Shown here: positions 54,024 through 64,000 of the stretch, in pieces
Layout: every line of letters starts with the position of its first letter
Position numbering within the stretch: position 1 is the stretch's first letter
Program-made: the position numbers and the translations under genes
Source of the DNA: an uncultured beta proteobacterium
GTDB taxonomy: Bacteria; Pseudomonadota; Gammaproteobacteria; Burkholderiales; Burkholderiaceae_C
DNA: 64,000 bases
NCBI GenBank assembly: GCA_903897005.1
Contig: CAITZZ010000029.1
Span: forward strand, 574-64,573
Direction of reading: 5' to 3'
The notes under the pieces: generated by a model
What the model saw: the letters and a program-made list of their open reading frames with translations, nothing else
Told to the model about the DNA's origin: nothing
Database searches by the model: none

Positions 54024-54962
54024 TTACACGAGCTTGAGTATCCGGTGATGATTCAGGCGCTGGCGCACCGCTGTCGCCGGCAAGGCCGTCTTGATTCGCG
54101 GATTGCCATGGGCGGTTCGGTGCAGGCGCGCCGGAGTGATGAGCAGGCCTTCCTCGTTGATCACAATGGCGACCTCGGGTAAGTTGGTTTGACTGCTGCG
54201 CCGTAGCACGACTCCAAGTTCACCGTTGTCCAGGCGCACATAGGTGCCCGGTGGGCATAAACCAATGGCTCGCACCAGCGCGTAACCCACTTCGTCGGGT
54301 GGTTGGGTGGACTTGGCAATGATCGAGCGAATCGACTCCGTGGCGCTGCGACCTTCGCGCAATTTGCGCGGACTGATCTGGGCCGCATAGCGATCCACCA
54401 CCCGCAGAATGCGGGCCAGTCGCCTCGCCGGAGAAATCGCCCGCAACTCGCCTTTGTCGGTGCTTTCATCGTGATGCATTTCGATGGTGTGAAGCCATAG
54501 CGCGTCAGTCACACCAATTCGGTTCAGCAGCGCAGAACTGTCGACCGGATGCGCGGCAATGGCCTCCCGCTGTTGCGAGTCCGGCTTATCTGCCTGTTCG
54601 GTCAACTGGTCCTGCAGCGAGGTCATCGAAATATTCATGGTCATGGCCGCGTGGATCAGACTGTTGCGTTCTGCATCAGGCAAGCCCAGTTCGCGCGCGA
54701 TCACATGGCACAGCACGGCACTGATCAGGGTGTGGGATGCGCTGTAGCCGACAGGTGAGTTGCTCGCCAACTGGAACAACAGGTACAAACCCAGGTCCGG
54801 GTCACGTTCGAGCAGGTCTTTCATCCAGCGATCGTATTGCCAGACGCGTTGCTCAAACTCCTGGATGCTGTCCGGGTTACTCAAAATAATGGCCAGACCT
54901 GATTCCAGGTCGGACCACAAGCTGAGCAAGTCCTGGTAATCGTTTTCGTTCTGTAAGGCCAC
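54024..54962 (-). CDS. HD-GYP-related domain protein with degenerate catalytic motifs
   Basis: 312 aa with a GTG start. The block order resembles HD-GYP (HTLISAVL..; IHAAMTMNI in place of LHDIGK; AAHP; EMHHDESTDKG in place of HHExxDGxGYP; RVVDRYAAQISPR). Confidence 0.65.
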   Translation of the reverse strand: MALQNENDYQDLLSLWSDLESGLAIILSNPDSIQEFEQRVWQYDRWMKDLLERDPDLGLYLLFQLASNSPVGYSASHTLISAVLCHVIARELGLPDAERNSLIHAAMTMNISMTSLQDQLTEQADKPDSQQREAIAAHPVDSSALLNRIGVTDALWLHTIEMHHDESTDKGELRAISPARRLARILRVVDRYAAQISPRKLREGRSATESIRSIIAKSTQPPDEVGYALVRAIGLCPPGTYVRLDNGELGVVLRRSSQTNLPEVAIVINEEGLLITPARLHRTAHGNPRIKTALPATAVRQRLNHHRILKLV

Positions 54963-54976
54963 AGCGGTAATCTTGC

Positions 54977-55462
54977 TCAGTCGCGAAAATTGTCGAAACT
55001 CAAGGGCATGTCAGTGATGGTCTTTCTGATCAGCGCCATGGCCGCCTGGAGATCGTCACGTTTCGCTCCAGTCACCCGCAGTTTGTTCTCCTGGATGGCC
55101 GACTGAACCTTGAGTTTGCTGTCCTTGAGGGCGCGCTGGATCTTTTTCGAAACTTCGGTCTCGATGCCGTTGCGCACCTTGATCAGCAGTTTGACCCTGT
55201 CGCCCCCCATCTTTTGCACTTCGCCCCGGTCCAGAAAGCGCACGTCGACGCCTCGTTTGGCCAGCTTGCCGTGCAGAATGTCTTCGATCTGGGTCAGCTG
55301 AAAATCGGCGTTGCCAATCAGCGTGATCTCTTTATCCTTGATTTCAATGGCGGCGGGTGTCCCTTTGAAATCAAAGCGCGTGCCGATTTCCTTGGCGCTG
55401 TTTTCCACCGCGTGTTTCACTTCCACCTGGTTGGCTTCGCAGACGGTATCAAAAGAGGGCAT
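54977..55462 (-). CDS. yajQ: YajQ-family nucleotide (cyclic di-GMP)-binding protein
   Basis: [35 protein letters not shown] ... ends FDNFRD, nearly collinear with E. coli YajQ. GGGAG lies 6 nt upstream of the ATG at 55462. Confidence 0.9.
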   Translation of the reverse strand: MPSFDTVCEANQVEVKHAVENSAKEIGTRFDFKGTPAAIEIKDKEITLIGNADFQLTQIEDILHGKLAKRGVDVRFLDRGEVQKMGGDRVKLLIKVRNGIETEVSKKIQRALKDSKLKVQSAIQENKLRVTGAKRDDLQAAMALIRKTITDMPLSFDNFRD

Positions 55463-55513
55463 GGTCAACTCCCATAAATGTCGTAGCAGGTCGCTAGTGA
55501 GAGAATTGCAGCA

Positions 55514-56545
55514 ATGTTAATCGAGAAAAACGTTCCCCTTCAAGCATGCAACAGCTTTGGCATTGTCGCAAAGGCGCATTGTCTGGTCCGAATCGGCAAT
55601 CAGGCAGAGTTGCAGCGTCTGCTCGCCGAGCCTGAATCGGCGGCGCAAGCCAAATTCGTACTGGGTGGGGGTAGCAATATCGTGCTCACCGGCGACGTCA
55701 AACCCATGGTATTGAAGGTCGAGATCAAGGGGCGGCGCTTGATCAGCGAGTTTGCCAAAGCCTTCGTGGTTGAAGCCGGTGCTGGTGAAAACTGGCACGA
55801 CTTCGTTGCTTGGACACTGGCTCAAGGCTACCCTGGCCTGGAAAACATGGCCCTCATTCCCGGCACCGTGGGTGCGGCGCCCGTGCAAAACATTGGTGCC
55901 TATGGTGTGGAACTGCAGGATCGCTTTGATTCGCTGGACGCAGTCGACCTGCAGACCGGCAAAGAGTTCACGCTCAACGCCGCTCAGTGCGCTTTTGGCT
56001 ATCGCGACTCGGTTTTCAAACACCAGTCAACCAGCCTTGGACTGGCCGGCCGGGCGCTCATCACCCGGGTCCGGTTCAGCCTGCCCAAGCCCTGGAAAGC
56101 AGTGCTGGGTTACGCCGATCTAGAGAGGAAGATGCTCGAGTCAGGTATCGCGCAGCCCTCGGCACAGCAAATGTTCCAGTGGATCTGTGACATCCGTCGC
56201 GCCAAGTTGCCGGATCCGGCGCTCATTGGCAATGCTGGCAGCTTCTTCAAGAATCCGACCGTGACGCCGGAGCAATGTGCCGACATCATTGCCCGTGACC
56301 CCAAAATTGTTTACTACCATCTGGCCGATGGTTCCATCAAACTGGCTGCCGGCTGGTTGATTGATGCCTGTGGCTGGAAGGGCAAGTCGGTCGGTAACGC
56401 CGGGGTTTATGAAAAGCAGGCGCTGGTACTGGTCAATCGCGGCGGCGCGACGGGCGGCGAGGTCATGACCCTTGCCAAAGCGATTCAAACCAGCGTGTAC
56501 GAGCGTTTTGGCATCCGGCTGGAGCCCGAACCGGTTGTGGTCTGA
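55514..56545 (+). CDS. murB: UDP-N-acetylenolpyruvoylglucosamine reductase
   Basis: 343 aa, collinear with E. coli MurB ([51 protein letters not shown]). Confidence 0.94.
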   Translation: MLIEKNVPLQACNSFGIVAKAHCLVRIGNQAELQRLLAEPESAAQAKFVLGGGSNIVLTGDVKPMVLKVEIKGRRLISEFAKAFVVEAGAGENWHDFVAWTLAQGYPGLENMALIPGTVGAAPVQNIGAYGVELQDRFDSLDAVDLQTGKEFTLNAAQCAFGYRDSVFKHQSTSLGLAGRALITRVRFSLPKPWKAVLGYADLERKMLESGIAQPSAQQMFQWICDIRRAKLPDPALIGNAGSFFKNPTVTPEQCADIIARDPKIVYYHLADGSIKLAAGWLIDACGWKGKSVGNAGVYEKQALVLVNRGGATGGEVMTLAKAIQTSVYERFGIRLEPEPVVV

Positions 56546-56546
56546 A

Positions 56547-56864
56547 TCAGCCGAAATGGCAAATGTAGTGATAGGCCCCGGTGACTCGAATTTCGAAAGA
56601 AGAATTGCCCGGCACGCTGAACTTGTCGCCCGCAACCGACGTCAGCCAACTCGGGCTGCCGGCCAGTTTGTAGTCACAACTGCCAGCCACGCATTCCATG
56701 ATTTCCGGTGCCCCGGTATTGAATGTCAGAATGGCTGGCAGAACCACGCCGACGGTCTTCTTGCTGCCATCGGCAAAGGTGATGCCGTGGCTCACGCACT
56801 TACCGTCGAAGTAGATATTGGCCTGGGTTGTGATGCTGATGTTGTCAATGCTGAATGTGGTCAT
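56547..56864 (-). CDS. ppnP: Pyrimidine/purine nucleoside phosphorylase PpnP (DUF1255)
   Basis: 105 aa. ANIYFDGKCVSH ... SSFEIRV cupin-like sequence typical of YaiE/PpnP. Confidence 0.88.
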   Translation of the reverse strand: MTTFSIDNISITTQANIYFDGKCVSHGITFADGSKKTVGVVLPAILTFNTGAPEIMECVAGSCDYKLAGSPSWLTSVAGDKFSVPGNSSFEIRVTGAYHYICHFG

Positions 56865-56979
56865 GGTGCGTTCTGAAACTGGGACAGGGCGTCATGTTAG
56901 CGGCTTTTCACAACCCGTTCGCTAGGGCCGTTTGGCCCTGCGCGGCACTGCACATGGTATGAGGAGTTAGATTCGGGGT

Positions 56980-57939
56980 ATGAAAAACGTATTGGTGTTG
57001 GGCGGTACCGGTTTTGTCGGCGGCCCGGTGTGTGAAGTGCTGCTGCGTCAGGGCTGGCAGGTGACGGTGCCGACGCGCCAGCGATCCAATGCCGAACTGT
57101 TGCAGCGAAGTCTGCCCGAGGTTCGCGTGCTGCAACTCGACGTGCATGATGAAGCGGCTCTGACTCAGGCGCTGACAGGTCAACAGGCGGTGGTGAACCT
57201 GGTGGCCATTTTGCACGGGACGGCGGACGCCTTTGAAAAGGTCCATGTGGACTTGCCGCGGAAGCTGGTACGCGCCTGCAGCGCCGCGGGTATCAGGCAA
57301 ATGGTGCACATCAGCGCCCTGGGCGCCGATGCAGCGCAGCCGAAATCGGCGCCCTCCATGTACCTGCGCAGCAAAGGGCAGGGCGAAGCGGTCTTGCTGC
57401 GAGGGGCCGGCTTGGGGCAGCAGGCCAATTTTGATCTGACCATCCTGCGTCCCAGTGTGATTTTTGGCGTCGGGGACAAGTTTCTGAACGTTTTTGCGCA
57501 GTTGCAGAAAGTACTGCCGGTGATGCCTCTGGCCGGCGCCACGACGCGCTTTCAGCCGGTCTGGGTGCAGGACGTTTCCAGTGCCGTGGTGCGCTGCCTG
57601 GAGCGCACCGAGATCGCCGGCGCGTCCAAGGCACCGCTGGTTCTGGAATTGTGCGGCCCCGACGTCTTTACGCTGCGTCAACTGGTGCAGTTGTCGGCGC
57701 AACTCAGCGGCGTACGAGGCGGGCGGGGTCGTCCGGTGCTGGCACTGCCGCGCTGGCTGGCTCGATTGCAGGCCACGCTGATGGAGTTGGCACCGGGCGA
57801 GCCCCTGATGAGCCGCGACAACCTCAATTCCATGACAGTTGACAACGTTGCCAGCGGCAAGGTGCCTGGTTTGCTTTACCTGGGCATTGAAGCGGCGTCG
57901 CTGGTGCCGATTGCGTCAGCCTATTTGGGCAGCAAGTAA
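56980..57939 (+). CDS. NAD(P)-binding epimerase/dehydratase-fold protein (complex I NDUFA9-like family)
   Basis: MKNVLVLGGTGFVGGPV Rossmann motif and ..YLRSKGQGE (YxxxK). 319 aa. Confidence 0.8.
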   Translation: MKNVLVLGGTGFVGGPVCEVLLRQGWQVTVPTRQRSNAELLQRSLPEVRVLQLDVHDEAALTQALTGQQAVVNLVAILHGTADAFEKVHVDLPRKLVRACSAAGIRQMVHISALGADAAQPKSAPSMYLRSKGQGEAVLLRGAGLGQQANFDLTILRPSVIFGVGDKFLNVFAQLQKVLPVMPLAGATTRFQPVWVQDVSSAVVRCLERTEIAGASKAPLVLELCGPDVFTLRQLVQLSAQLSGVRGGRGRPVLALPRWLARLQATLMELAPGEPLMSRDNLNSMTVDNVASGKVPGLLYLGIEAASLVPIASAYLGSK

Positions 57940-57943
57940 CTCA

Positions 57944-60690
<2,747 letters not shown>

Positions 60691-60709
60691 ACTGCTGACC
60701 CTCCACAAC

Positions 60710-61432
60710 ATGGCCTTTTTCAAGTTTCGAAAGCGTACTGATGAGCCATCGGCTTTGCCTGTGCCATCCGAGAGCATCGATGTGATGCGTAAGCGCGCCA
60801 AGCATCGCCTGCTGGGTGCGGCTCTGCTGGTGCTGGTCGGAGTGCTTGGTTTTCCCTTGTTGTTTGACAAACAGCCGCGCCCTATTGCCGTCGATATCCC
60901 GATCGAAATACCGGACCGGGCCAAAGTCAAGCCGCTCAGCATTCCGGCGCCCGCCGTGGTATCTAAAGCGGCGGATGCAGCTCCGGCGGCGTCGGCTACG
61001 TCAACAGCCTCAGCTCCCATGGCGCCAGCCGCAGCGGCCCCGCCGCCCCAGCCCGTGGCATCTGACAGCATCAAGCCGGTTGTCAAGGCAGAGCCGGCGC
61101 CCCTACAGAAGCCAGCTTCGGCGACTGCCAACGCAGACAATGGAGGCCGAGCCCAGGCACTGCTTGATGGCAGAGACCAAGCTGCCAAGGTCGATGCAGC
61201 CGAGGCGCGGTTTGTGGTTCAGGTCGGTGCTTTTGCGGACATCGCCAAGGCGCGTGAGGTGCGCCAGAAGTTGGAGCACGCTGGTTTGAAGACCTACACC
61301 CAGGTGCTGGAAACCAAGGATGGGCGCCGGATTCGCGTGCGTGTGGGCCCATTTGCGGGCAAGTCAGAAGCCGACAAGGCGGCAGAAAAGATCAAGAAGC
61401 TCAATCTGCCCGCGGCGACGCTGAGTCTGTAG
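60710..61432 (+). CDS. SPOR domain-containing cell-division protein (DedD-like)
   Basis: One N-terminal TM segment, an Ala/Pro-rich linker and a C-terminal SPOR domain (FVVQVGAFADIAKAREVRQKLE...RVRVGPFAGKSEADKAAEKI). It occupies the dedD position of folC-dedD-cvpA-purF. Confidence 0.82.
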   Translation: MAFFKFRKRTDEPSALPVPSESIDVMRKRAKHRLLGAALLVLVGVLGFPLLFDKQPRPIAVDIPIEIPDRAKVKPLSIPAPAVVSKAADAAPAASATSTASAPMAPAAAAPPPQPVASDSIKPVVKAEPAPLQKPASATANADNGGRAQALLDGRDQAAKVDAAEARFVVQVGAFADIAKAREVRQKLEHAGLKTYTQVLETKDGRRIRVRVGPFAGKSEADKAAEKIKKLNLPAATLSL

Positions 61433-61447
61433 CAGAGTCCAGCAACG

Positions 61448-61939
61448 ATGCCCGAGATCGCAATCGACTTGATTTTCGCGCTGCTACTGTTGGTGTCGCT
61501 GGCGCTCGGTGCGTGGCGCGGTCTGTTCTATGAAGTCTTATCGTTGCTTAGCTGGATAGCTGCGTTCATGTTGTCGCAATTGCTAGCGCCAGATGTTGCA
61601 GAAATATTGCCGATGGGCGGAGTCAGCAGACCGATTCGTTTTTCGGCTGCTTTCGTGCTCATCTTTGTGATTGCCGCCTTTGCTGGCGGCCTGCTTGCCA
61701 GACTGATCCAAAAACTTGGTGCGAAGGCAGGGCTGCAATCGACGGACCGGGTTCTTGGAGCCCTGTTTGGCGTATTGCGAGGCGTGATTTTGGTGCTGGC
61801 CTTGACCGCGGCGATTACTATGACTCAGTTCAAGAACAGTGCGTGGTGGAAGGAGTCAATGGGTGTTGGCATTGCGCTGGCCGCCCTCCAGAATCTTAAG
61901 CCCGTGCTGCCTGAAGATGTTGGAAAGTACTTACCATAA
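61448..61939 (+). CDS. cvpA: Colicin V production protein CvpA
   Basis: 163 aa four-TM protein in the canonical position before purF. TAATG overlap with the purF start. Confidence 0.88.
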   Translation: MPEIAIDLIFALLLLVSLALGAWRGLFYEVLSLLSWIAAFMLSQLLAPDVAEILPMGGVSRPIRFSAAFVLIFVIAAFAGGLLARLIQKLGAKAGLQSTDRVLGALFGVLRGVILVLALTAAITMTQFKNSAWWKESMGVGIALAALQNLKPVLPEDVGKYLP

Positions 61940-63438
61940 TGTGTGGAATCGTCGGCGTTGTCAGCAGCGCACCTGTCAATCAGCTGATTTATGACGCCTT
62001 GCTGCTATTGCAGCACCGGGGTCAGGACGCTGCTGGCATTGTTACGCAGCAGGAACGAAAATTCTTCATGCACAAGGCCAAGGGCATGGTGCGCGACGTT
62101 TTTCGCACCCGCAACATGCGTTCGCTGCCGGGCAACTGCGGCCTGGGTCAGGTGCGCTACCCGACCGCCGGCAACGCCTACAGCGAAGAAGAGGCACAGC
62201 CCTTTTACGTCAACGCGCCGTTTGGCATCGTGCTGGTGCATAACGGCAACCTGACGAACGCTCAGGCACTCAAAACCGAGCTGTTTAGTGCTGACCACCG
62301 CCACATCAACACCGAAAGCGACTCCGAGGTCCTGCTCAATGTGCTGGCCCACGAGATCGAGAAAACGACGCGCGGTTTCCCGCTGCAGCCGCAGGATGTG
62401 TTTGATGCAGTGCGCCGCGTGCATCTTCGTGTCAGAGGCTCTTACGCCGTGATTGCCATGATTGCAGGCCACGGTGTGCTGGCTTTTCGGGATCCTTTTG
62501 GGATTCGGCCCCTGTGTCTGGGCCGTGGCGAGGGTACCGTATTGATCGCCAGCGAATCGGTGGCGCTGGAAGGCACGTCGCACAAACTGGAACGCAATGT
62601 CCTGCCGGGTGAGGCCGTCTTCATTGACTTGCAGGGCAAACTGCATGCTCAGCAGTGCGCCCAAAATCCGGTGCTCAATCCCTGCATCTTCGAGTACGTT
62701 TATCTGGCGCGTCCGGACTCGGTGATGGACGGAATTTCGGTTTACCAGGCGCGGCTGAATCTGGGTGAAACGCTGGCCCAGCGTGTCATTTCCACGGTGC
62801 CGCCGAACGAGATTGACGTGGTGATTCCGATACCGGAGTCGAGCCGGCCCAGTGCTGCGCAATTGGCCCAGTTACTGGGTTTGCCGTACCGCGAAGGCTT
62901 TGTCAAGAACCGCTATGTCGGGCGCACCTTCATCATGCCGGGGCAGTCGGTGCGCAAGAAATCCGTGCGTCAAAAACTCAACGTCATCGCCAGTGAGTTC
63001 AAGGGCCGTAACGTCTTGCTGGTAGACGACTCCATCGTTCGTGGCACCACCAGTCGCGAGATTGTGCAGATGGCGCGCGACGCCGGTGCGCGCAAGGTGT
63101 ACATGGCGAGTGCGGCGCCGCCGGTGCGCTATCCCAATGTCTACGGTATCGACATGCCAACGCCCGATGAACTGGTGGCGCACAACCGCAGCGTCGAAGA
63201 GATCCGGCAACTCATTGGTTGTGATGCCTTGATCTACCAGGATGTCGACGGCATGAAGAAGGCGATCGGCTCGCTCAATCCCAATATCACAGGTTTTGAC
63301 GCATCGTGCTTCGACGGCGTCTATGTGACAGGTGACATCACCGTGGCAGACATCGCCAGGCTCAATGCCAATCGCGTCAACGCCGATGAAGGTTCCGAAG
63401 ACAACTCGCGCCTGGCGCTACCCAATCATGAAGAATGA
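61939..63438 (+). CDS. purF: Amidophosphoribosyltransferase
   Basis: MCGIVGVVS N-terminal Cys nucleophile and PRPP motif VLLVDDSIVRGTTS. Confidence 0.97.
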   Translation: MCGIVGVVSSAPVNQLIYDALLLLQHRGQDAAGIVTQQERKFFMHKAKGMVRDVFRTRNMRSLPGNCGLGQVRYPTAGNAYSEEEAQPFYVNAPFGIVLVHNGNLTNAQALKTELFSADHRHINTESDSEVLLNVLAHEIEKTTRGFPLQPQDVFDAVRRVHLRVRGSYAVIAMIAGHGVLAFRDPFGIRPLCLGRGEGTVLIASESVALEGTSHKLERNVLPGEAVFIDLQGKLHAQQCAQNPVLNPCIFEYVYLARPDSVMDGISVYQARLNLGETLAQRVISTVPPNEIDVVIPIPESSRPSAAQLAQLLGLPYREGFVKNRYVGRTFIMPGQSVRKKSVRQKLNVIASEFKGRNVLLVDDSIVRGTTSREIVQMARDAGARKVYMASAAPPVRYPNVYGIDMPTPDELVAHNRSVEEIRQLIGCDALIYQDVDGMKKAIGSLNPNITGFDASCFDGVYVTGDITVADIARLNANRVNADEGSEDNSRLALPNHEE

Positions 63439-63440
63439 AC

Positions 63441-64000
63441 ATGACTGACAAGGAATCTCCCGGCGCCCTGCATCCGGAGACGCTGGCCGTGCGTGCCGCC
63501 GTGGGCCGCAGCCAGTACGGTGAAAACTCCGAGGCCCTGTACCTCACGAGCGGCTATGTTCAGCCGTCGGCTGAGGTGGCGGCGCGGCGCTTCAATGGCG
63601 ACGAGGAGGGCTTTACCTACGGCCGCTACGGCAACCCCACGGTGGCCAGCTTCGAGCAGCGGCTGGCGGCGATGGAGGGCAGCGAGGCTGCGATTTCGAC
63701 ATCGTCCGGTATGGCCGCCATCCTCATGATGTGCATGGCACTGTTGAAGAGCGGTGACCACATCGTCTGTTCACAGTCGATGTTCGGTTCTACCATTAAA
63801 CTGATCGGTACCGATCTGGCGCGGTTCGGTGTTGAATCAAGCTTCGTGCCGCAGACGGATCTTGGCGCTTGGAAGGCGGCGCTGCGCGGCAACACGCGTC
63901 TGCTGTTCGCCGAAACGCCCACCAATCCGCTGACCGAGGTCTGTGACATCGCTGCGTTGGCCGCGATGGCGCATCAGGCTGGCGCGCTGCTGGCAGTCGA
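63441..64000 (+). CDS. metZ: O-succinylhomoserine sulfhydrylase (PLP-dependent), 3' end outside the window
   Basis: Not in the ORF track because no stop is reached. My translation from the ATG at 63441 is MTDKESPGALHPETLAVRAAVGRSQYGENSEALYLTSGYVQPSAEVAARRFNG..FTYGRYGNPTV..LLFAETPTNPL. purF-metZ adjacency is common in beta- and gammaproteobacteria. Confidence 0.85.
   Translation, partial: MTDKESPGALHPETLAVRAAVGRSQYGENSEALYLTSGYVQPSAEVAARRFNGDEEGFTYGRYGNPTVASFEQRLAAMEGSEAAISTSSGMAAILMMCMALLKSGDHIVCSQSMFGSTIKLIGTDLARFGVESSFVPQTDLGAWKAALRGNTRLLFAETPTNPLTEVCDIAALAAMAHQAGALLAV

Noticed and set aside
60950-61150. Ala/Pro-rich repetitive-looking stretch
   Set aside because: It is the low-complexity periplasmic linker of the SPOR-domain protein, in frame. 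It is not a nucleotide tandem repeat or a CRISPR-like array.

Overview
This window looks like a conserved core-chromosome segment of a roughly 55-60% G+C betaproteobacterium, Burkholderiales/Comamonadaceae-like by gene order and protein sequence (inferred, no search run). I call about 58 CDS and 2 tRNA genes, tRNA-Val(GAC) and tRNA-Leu(CAG). From start to end the content is: a DUF1631-like gene fragment and ettA; an aapJQMP general amino-acid ABC operon with a DmpA-like peptidase at its end; a low-GC GH18 chitinase-like gene and a beta-lactamase-fold esterase; an SDR gene, dnaG and rpoD; phaR, rimO and rnr; a second SDR gene; an MBL-hydrolase gene plus nnr; a dadA-like gene plus an amidase gene. 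Next comes the canonical rpsB-tsf-pyrH-frr-uppS-cdsA-dxr-rseP-bamA-skp-lpxD-fabZ-lpxA-lpxB-rnhB-trmH block, then carAB-greA, yhbY next to rlmE-ftsH-folP-glmM, a GNAT gene, a yajQ plus HD-GYP-like pair, murB, ppnP, argG, and folC-SPOR-cvpA-purF-metZ. Many ORF-track starts were trimmed where they overlapped an upstream gene or a tRNA. Many junctions are translationally coupled (ATGA, TAATG or TTGA overlaps). I found no transposase, integrase, prophage, CRISPR array or recognisable defence genes. I also found no convincing novel multi-gene system, and say so plainly. The best leads for follow-up are: (1) a yajQ plus degenerate HD-GYP-like two-gene unit; (2) an isolated low-GC GH18 gene beside 440 nt of non-coding DNA that carries a sigma-54-like promoter for the aap operon; (3) a promoter-plus-terminator leader in front of greA; (4) a 175-residue basic extension with AT-hook-like motifs on RpoD; (5) a perfect 10+10 bp palindrome operator in front of an SDR gene. 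All family calls come from motif recognition and memory, not from database searches.
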